Below, piece after piece: positions 19,501-27,383 of a stretch of DNA of 28,441 nt (positions are counted from its first letter, which is position 1; every line of letters starts with the position of its first letter). Under the pieces are notes generated by a model. It ran no database searches. It was not told the origin of the DNA and worked only from the letters and a program-made list of their open reading frames with translations. The DNA is from Thermoplasmatota archaeon (GTDB taxonomy: Archaea > Thermoplasmatota > Penumbrarchaeia > Penumbrarchaeales > Penumbrarchaeaceae). The stretch is from positions 1 through 28,441 of the forward strand of contig JAUVBH010000001.1 of the NCBI GenBank assembly GCA_030591285.1. Reading direction: 5' to 3'. The position numbers and the translations under genes are program-made.

Positions 19501-20789
19501 GTCATGTTCATCAAGCTGGTCGAAGTGTTATCCCATGTATGTTTCATGTCTATGTCAATTGAACCAGAGCCATCAAGTTCCATGTGAGAGTGTGATATTT
19601 CTACACCCTGGGATAGAATTGAGATCTTATTGGTTATCTCATGGAAAGTGACATTGAATATTTCTCCGGACCTAAGTGACATTATGGAAGAATCCGCTGG
19701 TGTGAGGTCAGGGCCGAATATATCAGTTTCACTGATCATAAGTTCGGATCCCTTCTCTGAGGTGATCGTATAGTGTTCTCCCTTGCTTTTGATGGTGCAG
19801 TTCTCGATAACGATCTTACCTCCGGTCTTGACCGTTAAACCATCACCATATCCCAGGAAAACAACCTCAGAATGTCTGATGGACAAAGTAACACCATCAA
19901 CCACCTCTGTGGTGCTGATCAATACAGGGCCAGTTGTTATTGTGAGGTTACCCGCGATGGAAGCATCGGACAGGAAATTTGTGACATTATATGTCTTCAA
20001 GAATGTGGTGCTAAGATCAAATTTATCGGTGGCTGTGACATTTAGCGAATGATTTCCAAAAGAGCTGGGAATAGTGATCGCAGTACCATCCCATGTGGCA
20101 GGGGTTCCCGCATCCCAGGAAAATGTCACCTTATCGTTATCCACCAGCCACTGATGGTCAGAGGATATGTCGGTAAGGGTCAAATTCAGCATACCACTGC
20201 TTTTGGCATAGGTGACACCTGAATAAGTTGCAACTGACGCTCCGGGTTCTACAGGTGAGATGGCTGGACCACCGGTATCGACCATGAAATAGAGGAGGGG
20301 TGCATCACCGGTATTGTTCTTCCTCAGTGTCACCATGTCACCATCTTCCGCTTTTATGTGGATCCCATCGGATGACGACTGGAAGTTCTGAGAGAGGTCC
20401 TCATCGATGGTGATGTTACCTGTGAACTCCGCTCCTGTTCCATTGTAATTCAATCCCCAGGAGGTCCAGTACTTGATCGTACCTGCTGAGTTGTTCACAA
20501 TGATGTCAATGACAAGCATGTCCTCAGTGAGAATTGTTGATGGTGCTGACATATTGATAGCTGTGATGTTCACAACATCATCGTCTGTGACCACATCTCC
20601 ATCAGAAAACATACCTTGGAATGAACCAACGACCTTCTCTCCAGCAACTGATTGGACGTTGTAGAAATCCGCTCCGCTCACTTCAACATCGCCTGGTCCC
20701 ATGATGAATGCAATGAAAACCAGTGCCAGAATGCCGATAGCTGCCGGAATGACAGATGAGCCTACAAAAATCCCCTTGTTCCGGTTCAT
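16596..20789 (-). CDS. N-terminal part of the giant surface protein with right-handed parallel beta-helix repeats
   Basis: RBS GGAGGA and a signal peptide; repeated 'I..N..DGI.L' and 'IxNxxIxxNxxxG' beta-helix turns; dense N-x-S/T sequons. It ends at TAA 16598-16596 without a membrane anchor. Confidence 0.82.
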   Translation of the reverse strand: MNRNKGIFVGSSVIPAAIGILALVFIAFIMGPGDVEVSGADFYNVQSVAGEKVVGSFQGMFSDGDVVTDDDVVNITAINMSAPSTILTEDMLVIDIIVNNSAGTIKYWTSWGLNYNGTGAEFTGNITIDEDLSQNFQSSSDGIHIKAEDGDMVTLRKNNTGDAPLLYFMVDTGGPAISPVEPGASVATYSGVTYAKSSGMLNLTLTDISSDHQWLVDNDKVTFSWDAGTPATWDGTAITIPSSFGNHSLNVTATDKFDLSTTFLKTYNVTNFLSDASIAGNLTITTGPVLISTTEVVDGVTLSIRHSEVVFLGYGDGLTVKTGGKIVIENCTIKSKGEHYTITSEKGSELMISETDIFGPDLTPADSSIMSLRSGEIFNVTFHEITNKISILSQGVEISHSHMELDGSGSIDIDMKHTWDNTSTSLMNMTINGTAWTPIQISNVSTWTPYDVTNRYYQDDEDGLAYIYIDTTNMSNPYLKLPYFLDSRSALGIFTLEYNNTGIWTSFPGFPKGNTIFDEWVNGDDAKVDLSILSAGPHQLRTKWTPLADEVGCIYLGDPILGNDDGELYHGSPSFTFDKVNWGETAIGDVLVLKNITIDDAITNFIDIHSSGDVMISELVLGGPTADLEINEFIAVTDSGVAINGSEMIGKDDNQYGVKVVFQAGNDWGTSYLSSLDISINGTNVMDAGVYSEGGWLETFDITVQNATYGIRIMDGFLMSNISDMDPDEIGIYVTLPDSYPIGARMEITTTSVSSDFGISGVYVEGDSIDYPINLSIKDFDIFTSNASSYVRSDGIGGVTVDLTTSEDAGVVISGTVTGGNSHGIAIPYWPSDGMVEIRNSRITGVDLDGIYLGEGFLANISDVSISQSNVGIYAGDDFELILGGSTGSTISGGLGSGGIMIGDNAVFDISNVNISFCNGPGIFMGSNSVGNILDTEMYMCNSGLTIGDGSEIGIFGLDIGYTTQGYGIFAKDSDITMGKGTLINYIVSNNGDGILLEGGTLSIERTWINYNTGQGISLLGVDLLHMKDVKIIGNSDDGLTIHITSEALLDANGYYGRINNTDITDNSGTGLLISYDPTQVTKTIEIDLQGPNIGGNPGGDIISPRNVHITWTSVASGRDILGSNTVNGLVRANLDIVLTTPSDAEVRNLNITLLGDSNSFHVSELGSLKLVNCYIRPSQSDNWFSITGDSLSSIQIFGGYLGQLYQLEMVDGRDFTMDGTLVRFGDGPIRLDTTPMNIVDSEFSDIEGTALLVIDGEGSLQGTKFSQNTIGLQVEGLEDDLDIIDCEFVDNKWGISLFNDSTQTVSIKDSFFSGNSPAPIWTATANAYVLDSFVNPNSIQVTQSGYSVRLSYTLEVELLNEVGDNVEFDLTVDRGPGNNIVNIFNIDTKFSNSYQS

Positions 20790-20902
20790 AATACTCCTCC
20801 ATGAAGTCCGAAATCCTCTGAATCCAGGTTCCCGGTGTCCGAACCCGCTCCTATTACTTTGTACCTATTTTAATTATAGGGTGAAAATTACAAATCATGA
20901 TA

Positions 20903-20924
20903 CTGCTGGACCCCTGCTGGACCC
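20903..20924. repeat. Perfect tandem 11-bp repeat CTGCTGGACCC x2
   Basis: Copies at 20903-20913 and 20914-20924, in the intergenic region upstream of the giant surface gene. Confidence 0.8.
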
Positions 20925-20936
20925 ATGGTAAATTAA

Positions 20937-23900
20937 TCAACCTTTGATCTTTTTCAAACTCTTCAGTTTGTTATACCTCGGGAGGTACAGTCGGTAGGCA
21001 GATGTGAGGATAAAAATTGCAGAATATGCCGAGAAGACCAGAAGGATGATGATCAGCAGAATGAACTCCCGTATTGATGGTATATTCACTAGGAAAACAG
21101 CTGCCAACCCCATCACCATTGTGGTTGTCGACTCGATGAATGACCATCCGGAGGTATCGGCAGCATACATCACACCTTCAAGTGTGAAGTTCTTTTCACG
21201 GACCCTTTCAGTGATATGTATGGAGAAATCCACACCAATTCCAATGATGATCGAACCGATAAGAGCGGTAAATAGATTGAGGTCACCGGAGAACATGCTC
21301 TCCCCAGGTGCCATCGCTTCCCCTATAGCTCCTATTCCCCATATTGCTGCATACTGCCAGAATACAACGAGAGTCACAGGGAGGATGGTGATAAGAGCGA
21401 TCCTCCATGATTTGAAAACTACGAACAACAACAGGAAGACCATGATGAGAGCCATGATGGTTGACTGGTTTGCACTGTCTATGAGCACATCGTTCACTGT
21501 GACCAGGACCTTTCCGAAACCGGAAAGTGGAGATGCTGTTTGGCTCCCCCCCCCAGCCTCATCTGCTGTCACGAAGTAAACTTCATCAATTGCCCGGTCC
21601 ACTTCATCCACGACAACTTCGGTGTCGATAATGTCCATATTTGGCATGTTGATATAAATGATGGTTTTTCCATAGGTGTCGTTGATCAACATGCCACGAA
21701 TTTCTTCACCTAGGGAATTGTAGAAAATATTGATTAAAAAGACATCCAGATCCTCCTCGAGATATCTATTGATCGGATCATAATCTGGAGCAGTCTGTAT
21801 CGCATGCCAAAATGAATATCCAATGACATTTGAATAGATCCATTTCTCAAATTCTGCAACAGGGTCTTCGATTAGTTCCCCCGGTAATGGTGGTATTAAT
21901 TCTTTCAATGTGCCGATAAACTGTTGATAGGCCTCTGAAGAGGTAAAATTAGGAATTTCTATCATTTTCATTATATCAACTATGGATATAGCATCCGCAT
22001 TTTCGATACCATTTCCATTCACTCCATCTCCATCGATAATCTGCATCAATCTATCGATGTGGTATAATGTATTCTCATAATCCTTCATGCTCCCCTGAAT
22101 ATGCTCGTCTCTACCATCACCATCCTCATCCCAGGCTGGATCCCCTCTAACAAGCATTAGCCCAATCTGCCCGGATCCGAAGGTGTCTGATTGTTCCGAC
22201 ATCTTCTGGACAACCGGTTCGTCAGCTGGAGATAGGCTGATGTAATCCATATTTGCTTCAACAATGGAGAAACCACCAAGCTTCAGTCCCGTCCCTGGAA
22301 TGGTTGAAGGTGGTGAGAGTGACAGGGAGGCCAGTGCGAATAAAATTCCCAGTATCAGGATCTTCCTCGAATGCTTCATAGGAATATTTCCAAGTCTTCT
22401 GGCACCAGAACTCTTCGTGACTGCTTTCTTCTCCTTGTTTCCTACAAGCTTCTTGTAATCCAACCATATGACCAGAGAAGGGGTCATCAGGATCGTAGTG
22501 ATATAACTCGCAAGTATACCTGTGGAAAGACCGAAACCAAGCACCTGCATGGTTGCCATGTCCACTGTCATCATGGCACCGAAGCCAAAAGCTGTGGTCA
22601 TCGCCGATAAGAAGATCGCTTTTCCGGTGGTCCTTAAAGCATATCGTATTCTCTTCTCTTTATCCTCTATCTTACTTTCTTCCGAATATCTGTTGGCAAT
22701 GTACAGGCCGTAGGCTACTCCAAGCGCGATCAATATTGGAGCAACGAGCACCACCTGAGGGGTAAGAACGGGGAGAACCAATCCCATGAGACCAAATGAG
22801 ATTATCGACGAGAATGTGACAGGTATCAGGGTGATAAGTATTATCTTCCAGGTCCTGTGGAATATCAGAAGAGATGCAGCAACCATTGCCATGGCCCATG
22901 GAAGAACCTTCGTCATCTCCTTCATGGTCCTGTCGGATATCATCCTTGCCAATGGGGTTGGACCGGTCAGGGTCATGCGTGAATGTATATTTCCTTCACG
23001 ATAGCTTTCTAACCATTGGTCTGTGGTATCAACACTTCCTGGTCTTACACCAGGGTCTACGAAAAAGGGTTCGATCTCAACATTGATGCTATTGATAAGT
23101 TCGACCTGATCGACGGATTGAGAGAGCCCCATCAGGATCAGTGCAGAATCATAAATTCCGTCCTTGTTCACATCTGCAACCAAACCTGAAATTGAATTTG
23201 GACCAGCCTGGGTGAAGAACTCATCGATCAATCTCTGATCCGGAGGAATGGAATAGTTTCCCTTGTACTGGTCAGGAATTCTGTAGTTGATCAGGTCATT
23301 TGGAAGTTCATTGAAAAATGATTCTTCGATGGCGGTGGAAGTATAGTTGAGGGTTTTTATGAGTGTAGAGATCGAGAAACAGAATATGATACCGTCTTCG
23401 ACCCCCTTGTCGGATTTGTTGTAATTCAGACTCTCCTCGAGTTCCGATATTTCAACAAGTACATTGTAATCGGTAATGTTTGTCTCATCAGTTGGATCGA
23501 ACTTATTCTGTGTTTCTACAAAGATAGTTGCAAGGTCGGTGGACCAGTCCTTCTTCATCTCAAAGAGAACCTTTTCAGCATCTGACCCACCGGGCAGGTA
23601 TACCTCGAAATCTCCCCTGATCTTGCTTTGCATGTGCGTCTTACGGGTTTCCAAGAACTCTGGTCCGATAACTCCAAAATAGCCCAGAAGAAGAGATGCA
23701 ACCACTACCAATGCGAAGACGGTCTTTCTCCATTTAAGGACACCCTCCATAATGGTATCCAATGGTTTTGATTTGAACATCCTCTGAGAATATTCGCCTG
23801 CTCCTTCATCTAAGTCCCGGATCCTCTTCCCGGTATCTATCAAGAATGATTTCGCTTTCCCCCCATAGACAGGTGTCTTATCACTGATCTCGGATACAAC

Positions 23901-24029
23901 ACGGTCCAGGGTCTCTTCCATATCCTGGGTAGTATCGCCTCTGTACAACCGTTTGTAATCCCTCTTGAACGGGCCCCGTCCCTTTGGGCCACCTTTGCTC
24001 CTTGGTGTATTTTTATCATCAAAGGGCAA
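20937..24029 (-). CDS. MMPL/RND-family transporter
   Basis: Two repeats of one TM, a large extracellular loop and five TMs; 'ILIALGVAYGLYIANRYSEE' and 'SIIIGIGVDFSIHITERVRE' are RND TM4/TM10-like motifs; TTG start. Confidence 0.9.
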   Translation of the reverse strand: MPFDDKNTPRSKGGPKGRGPFKRDYKRLYRGDTTQDMEETLDRVVSEISDKTPVYGGKAKSFLIDTGKRIRDLDEGAGEYSQRMFKSKPLDTIMEGVLKWRKTVFALVVVASLLLGYFGVIGPEFLETRKTHMQSKIRGDFEVYLPGGSDAEKVLFEMKKDWSTDLATIFVETQNKFDPTDETNITDYNVLVEISELEESLNYNKSDKGVEDGIIFCFSISTLIKTLNYTSTAIEESFFNELPNDLINYRIPDQYKGNYSIPPDQRLIDEFFTQAGPNSISGLVADVNKDGIYDSALILMGLSQSVDQVELINSINVEIEPFFVDPGVRPGSVDTTDQWLESYREGNIHSRMTLTGPTPLARMISDRTMKEMTKVLPWAMAMVAASLLIFHRTWKIILITLIPVTFSSIISFGLMGLVLPVLTPQVVLVAPILIALGVAYGLYIANRYSEESKIEDKEKRIRYALRTTGKAIFLSAMTTAFGFGAMMTVDMATMQVLGFGLSTGILASYITTILMTPSLVIWLDYKKLVGNKEKKAVTKSSGARRLGNIPMKHSRKILILGILFALASLSLSPPSTIPGTGLKLGGFSIVEANMDYISLSPADEPVVQKMSEQSDTFGSGQIGLMLVRGDPAWDEDGDGRDEHIQGSMKDYENTLYHIDRLMQIIDGDGVNGNGIENADAISIVDIMKMIEIPNFTSSEAYQQFIGTLKELIPPLPGELIEDPVAEFEKWIYSNVIGYSFWHAIQTAPDYDPINRYLEEDLDVFLINIFYNSLGEEIRGMLINDTYGKTIIYINMPNMDIIDTEVVVDEVDRAIDEVYFVTADEAGGGSQTASPLSGFGKVLVTVNDVLIDSANQSTIMALIMVFLLLFVVFKSWRIALITILPVTLVVFWQYAAIWGIGAIGEAMAPGESMFSGDLNLFTALIGSIIIGIGVDFSIHITERVREKNFTLEGVMYAADTSGWSFIESTTTMVMGLAAVFLVNIPSIREFILLIIILLVFSAYSAIFILTSAYRLYLPRYNKLKSLKKIKG

Positions 24030-24125
24030 GTTCCAACACTGTCCTGGAAGTATGTTCCAAACCTGGATTAAACTAAGGGTAATTATATGATTTGGTCACG
24101 AAATGAAATTTTCCAAGGGCCATTT

Positions 24126-24395
24126 TTATGCTTTTTCTGCACGTTCTCTGGCTCTTTTTGAATATATGAAACTGACTATCAGGGATAAAACGATCCCAAC
24201 CAAAAGTCCAACAAGAGCAGAATACTGATTTCCCATGTCAAATAAGTTGGGAAATACGTTTAGAATGAAGAACACAGCGATCGAAAGTGGAATGATCACT
24301 ATTGACCAGAGAATGAAACTATAAAAGAACCATGACCCCGGGCTGAGGATCTTCCTTTCACTCTTACCCGTTTTCTTCTCAAGGTCTTCAACCAT
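24126..24395 (-). CDS. Small two-TM membrane protein
   Basis: Two hydrophobic helices; RBS GGAG 8 nt before ATG 24395 and TATA TTTATATA at 24444-24437. The ORF track starts at GTG 24404. Confidence 0.7.
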   Translation of the reverse strand: MVEDLEKKTGKSERKILSPGSWFFYSFILWSIVIIPLSIAVFFILNVFPNLFDMGNQYSALVGLLVGIVLSLIVSFIYSKRARERAEKA

Positions 24396-24635
24396 GATGT
24401 TCACTCCTTGTGGATTTTGGGGAACTCAAGGGCTCTTATATAAATGTTGCCGATTTCTTGGTTCGATCCGCCTGTTTCACTTCTGAAAAATAATATATAT
24501 CGGTTTATCTCATGCCATTTAGGCAATGGGTGGGGGAGTGGGGAATGTCCACTGTCTTGCCAAAGATAAGGGACGGATGGATCTACGAGTGGGAGTGGTT
24601 TCCCGGGGGAATAATTTAGGGTGTGAATTGGATAG

Positions 24636-24668
24636 GCCCCCTTCGGGGGGCATTATTCTTTTAATTTT
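24636..24668 (+). terminator. GCCCCC-TTCG-GGGGGC hairpin with a T-rich tail
   Basis: 6-bp GC stem with a cUUCGg tetraloop at 24636-24651, followed by ATTATTCTTTTAATTTT. A second hairpin ACAGCC-AAAT-GGCTGT lies at 24681-24696. Confidence 0.6.
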
Positions 24669-24738
24669 CCTGAAAATAGAACAGCCAAATGGCTGTAGTT
24701 ATTTGGCATTGATCAGAATATTTCAGGTCTATGGATGA

Positions 24739-24966
24739 TCACATGCAGTATCGCCCACTCTTGAGGAGCGGATCATAGTTCATCATACTTGGGTCCATGT
24801 CAAGGTCCATATCGTCGTTGGATTCAAGATTGACCAGCATTTCAACAAGCATATTGACCATGCTTCGGAGCTCCCTGACCTCTGATCTGAGGTCTTCTAT
24901 TGTCTGGAGAACCTCTGTGTCTCCAGATTTGGGGTCCTTTTTTACAATATTCGAATTCTTGCTCAA
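24739..24966 (-). CDS. Small coiled-coil protein with an acidic tail (hypothetical)
   Basis: RBS AGGTGA 4 nt before TTG 24966 and heptad pattern 'IEDLRSEVRELRSMVNMLVEML'. The ORF track extension to 25035 crosses the promoter and is probably non-coding. Confidence 0.7.
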   Translation of the reverse strand: MSKNSNIVKKDPKSGDTEVLQTIEDLRSEVRELRSMVNMLVEMLVNLESNDDMDLDMDPSMMNYDPLLKSGRYCM

Positions 24967-25121
24967 ATGCTCACCTTCTTGGAACCATGGGAAACTCCAA
25001 GCTTTAAATCGAGTTAGACCAGATATATATTTCAACCTTTTGGTATGAAGATAACATCTTCTATGAACCTTTTCTACGATATTGGATAAACGATATTTAA
25101 TAAGTGACGCAGTACCAACCG

Positions 25122-25973
25122 ATGAGTCCTAACATTGACCCACTCAAGATCGAGATAGTTCAGAAACGTCACAGAAGATTTGATATCGAGCATAATTTGA
25201 ATATCATCAAGGAATCGATATCAACATCTTCGGCTCGATTGTTGGTATTTCCCGAGATGTTCCTCACCGGGTACACCTTAGGGGACGATGTTCATAAGCT
25301 AGCAATGGAACTTGATTCTCCATACCTTGTAACCATAACTGAATATTGCAAGAAGCATGACAAGTTCATCATCCTTGGTTTTCCTGAAAGGTCCGTCAAG
25401 ACAAAGGGACAGATCCACAATTCAGCAATTGTTATTGGGCCTGATGGGATATTGGGAACTTACAAGAAGATGCACCTTGTGGATTTCGGACCATTTGAAG
25501 AGTGGGGATATTTCACACCAGGTAACGACCTCTTAATGGTGGAGATCGATGGTTACAAAGTTGGAGTTATGATCTGTTATGATCTCTTCTTTCCAGAATT
25601 GACCAAATTATATGCTTTGAAGGGAGCTGACCTTGTTGTCAACATCTCAGCTTCTCCTTCATTGACCAGGAAGTTCTTCGAGAAGGTAATGGTCGCAAGG
25701 GCAATAGAGAATACGATCTTCTTTGTATATTCTAATCTGGTGGGGATGGATTCCAGGATGGATTTCTGGGGGGGAGGGGCCCTAATAGGTCCAACTGGGA
25801 GTTTGATCTCCAAAGGTCCCACTTTCGAGGAAGCCTCGATCCTGGGGGAGATCGATATTCACTCATTGGAGCTCTCCAGGAAACATAGGCCAACGATCCG
25901 GGATACGAACATTTCACTCCTTGAAGAGCTCGCAAGGGTCGGGATAAGTGAAAAAAATAGGTCGGATCAATGA
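25122..25973 (+). CDS. Carbon-nitrogen hydrolase (nitrilase superfamily)
   Basis: Catalytic triad contexts 'VFPEMF' (Glu), 'YKKMHL' (Lys) and 'ICYDLFFPE' (Cys), plus 'ARAIEN'. TTTAATAA at 25096 favours ATG 25122 over GTG 25104. Confidence 0.92.
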   Translation: MSPNIDPLKIEIVQKRHRRFDIEHNLNIIKESISTSSARLLVFPEMFLTGYTLGDDVHKLAMELDSPYLVTITEYCKKHDKFIILGFPERSVKTKGQIHNSAIVIGPDGILGTYKKMHLVDFGPFEEWGYFTPGNDLLMVEIDGYKVGVMICYDLFFPELTKLYALKGADLVVNISASPSLTRKFFEKVMVARAIENTIFFVYSNLVGMDSRMDFWGGGALIGPTGSLISKGPTFEEASILGEIDIHSLELSRKHRPTIRDTNISLLEELARVGISEKNRSDQ

Positions 25974-26056
25974 AAGATAGCCACTTTTGACCTTTGGTTT
26001 TATAAACTATGTAATATTTCTTCTGTGTCCCGGCTTACCTGCAGGAGATACAAGTA

Positions 26057-26686
26057 ATGGGATTGTTCAAAAGAAAGCAACATGACAGGATCGAGTTTGA
26101 GAATATAGGTGTCAAGGAGAGCCTTACCGAGATGAAGGATCTCTCTGAACAGATAATCGACCTATCATATTCTGCAATACTTTTTGATTCAAGCGATATT
26201 GCTAGACAGGTAATGGAGCTGGAGGAGAGACTTGACAAACTCCTCTACAATGTGAGGATCGGAGTTCTATTGGCTGCCCGCAACCGGGAGGATGCTGAAC
26301 AACTATCGGGGATCCTTCAGGTAGCATCAGCAGCAGAAGCCATGGGTGACGCTTCACTTCAATTGATGAGGATCTTTGACGAAGATGTTGAGTTCAGACC
26401 ATTCGCTCCATTTTTCCTGCGGGATGGAGATGAGAAGATCTGGGCCATCAGGATCTATGAAGGTTCCGATGTTATCAATCGGATGATATCAGAACTGGGT
26501 ATCGAATCAGAGACCGGTGCCAGGATAATTGCGATAAAGAGACGGACCAGATGGCTCTATGACATTGAGCCTGAGAGAAGAATAAAGGAAGGCGACATTT
26601 TGATAGTGAGAGGGGTCGAAGATGGACTCCAGGAGCTGGACGCTTACGCAAAAGGTGAGGTGAAATGGGGGAAATACAAGAGGTAG
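26057..26686 (+). CDS. PhoU-like plus TrkA-C (RCK-C) domain protein, paralog 1
   Basis: 'EMKDLSEQIIDLSYSAILF' helical N-terminus; 'ELGIESETGARIIAIKR...WLY' and 'EGDILIVRG' in the TrkA-C domain; TTTATAAA at 25999 and RBS GGAGA. Confidence 0.85.
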   Translation: MGLFKRKQHDRIEFENIGVKESLTEMKDLSEQIIDLSYSAILFDSSDIARQVMELEERLDKLLYNVRIGVLLAARNREDAEQLSGILQVASAAEAMGDASLQLMRIFDEDVEFRPFAPFFLRDGDEKIWAIRIYEGSDVINRMISELGIESETGARIIAIKRRTRWLYDIEPERRIKEGDILIVRGVEDGLQELDAYAKGEVKWGKYKR

Positions 26687-27267
26687 AAGATCCCTTGAAG
26701 AGGATGGAGGAGATATTCCTCGAAATGAAGGACACCTCCGAGTTGATGGTGGACCTCGCTTATTCCTCATTGCTTTACAATAACAAGGAGATCGCTTCCG
26801 AAGTGGAGCATCTCGGGGATATTGTCGATGAACTCTCTGGTGACCTCCAGCATATCGCCATCGAGGAGATCGCTGAAAGGACTCCAGATGCAACTTTGAT
26901 GATCCTTCAGATGGCAAGGTTCGTGGATTCGATTGCAGACGCAGCCATGTCAATTGTCGATGTCGTGTTGAGGGATATCGAACCCCACCCCATTTTGATT
27001 CAGGTGATAAAGGAATCCGATGTCGGGATCTACAAGATGGAGGTTCGCTCAAAGTCGACCCTTGTAGATAAACCACTGGGAACCTTGAGGCTTGCAACAG
27101 AGACCGGTATGTGGGTATTTGCCATCAAAAGAAAGGTACGATGGATCTACGGTCCCGAGAAAGGAGAGGTGTTGAAGAAAGGTGATATCATCTTCGTTAG
27201 GGGCCCGGAAGATGGTGCTAAAAAACTCCGTGCCGTTGCCAAAGCAAAGAGAATGTCCCTTGAATGA
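26665..27267 (+). CDS. PhoU-like plus TrkA-C domain protein, paralog 2
   Basis: 'EMKDTSELMVDLAYSSLLY', 'LRLATETGMWVFAIKR...WIY' and 'KGDIIFVRG'; overlaps paralog 1 by 22 nt; RBS GGTGA at 26654-26658. Confidence 0.85.
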   Translation: MGEIQEVEDPLKRMEEIFLEMKDTSELMVDLAYSSLLYNNKEIASEVEHLGDIVDELSGDLQHIAIEEIAERTPDATLMILQMARFVDSIADAAMSIVDVVLRDIEPHPILIQVIKESDVGIYKMEVRSKSTLVDKPLGTLRLATETGMWVFAIKRKVRWIYGPEKGEVLKKGDIIFVRGPEDGAKKLRAVAKAKRMSLE

Positions 27268-27310
27268 AAGTTTTAAAAAGAATAATATCATAGCCCTCTT
27301 CCCACCATCT

Positions 27311-27383
27311 GCGGGTGTGATGTAGTCTGGTATCATTCTAGCTTGCCAAGCTAGTAACTCGGGTTCAAATCCCGGCACCCGCA
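27311..27383 (+). tRNA. tRNA-Gly (anticodon GCC), no intron, CCA not encoded
   Basis: Acceptor stem GCGGGTG/CACCCGC plus discriminator A; anticodon arm CTAGC-TTGCCAA-GCTAG; T arm TCGGG-TTCAAAT-CCCGG; TATA TTTAAAAA at 27272. Confidence 0.97.

Noticed and set aside
21004-21579. Long antisense ORFs (also 12796..13332, 26507..27097, 10396..10863)
   Set aside because: They lie fully opposite well-supported genes and have no independent signals or motifs.
24030-24070. Repeated TTCCA...TGGA elements upstream of the MMPL gene
   Set aside because: Spacing differs between the copies, so I cannot support an operator call.
24526-24612. G-strings and a TCCCCCGGGAAAC element resembling archaeal ORB origin boxes, or a G-quadruplex
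   Set aside because: The G-strings are on the wrong strand relative to the ORB-like core, there is only one weak copy, no cdc6/orc1 gene is adjacent, and only three closely spaced G3+ tracts are present.
24526-24738. 70-aa ORF-track call on the plus strand
   Set aside because: It runs through both terminator-like hairpins and has no recognisable protein features. It is kept only as an alternative reading of the orphan transcription unit, since its ATG is well spaced from the TATA box.
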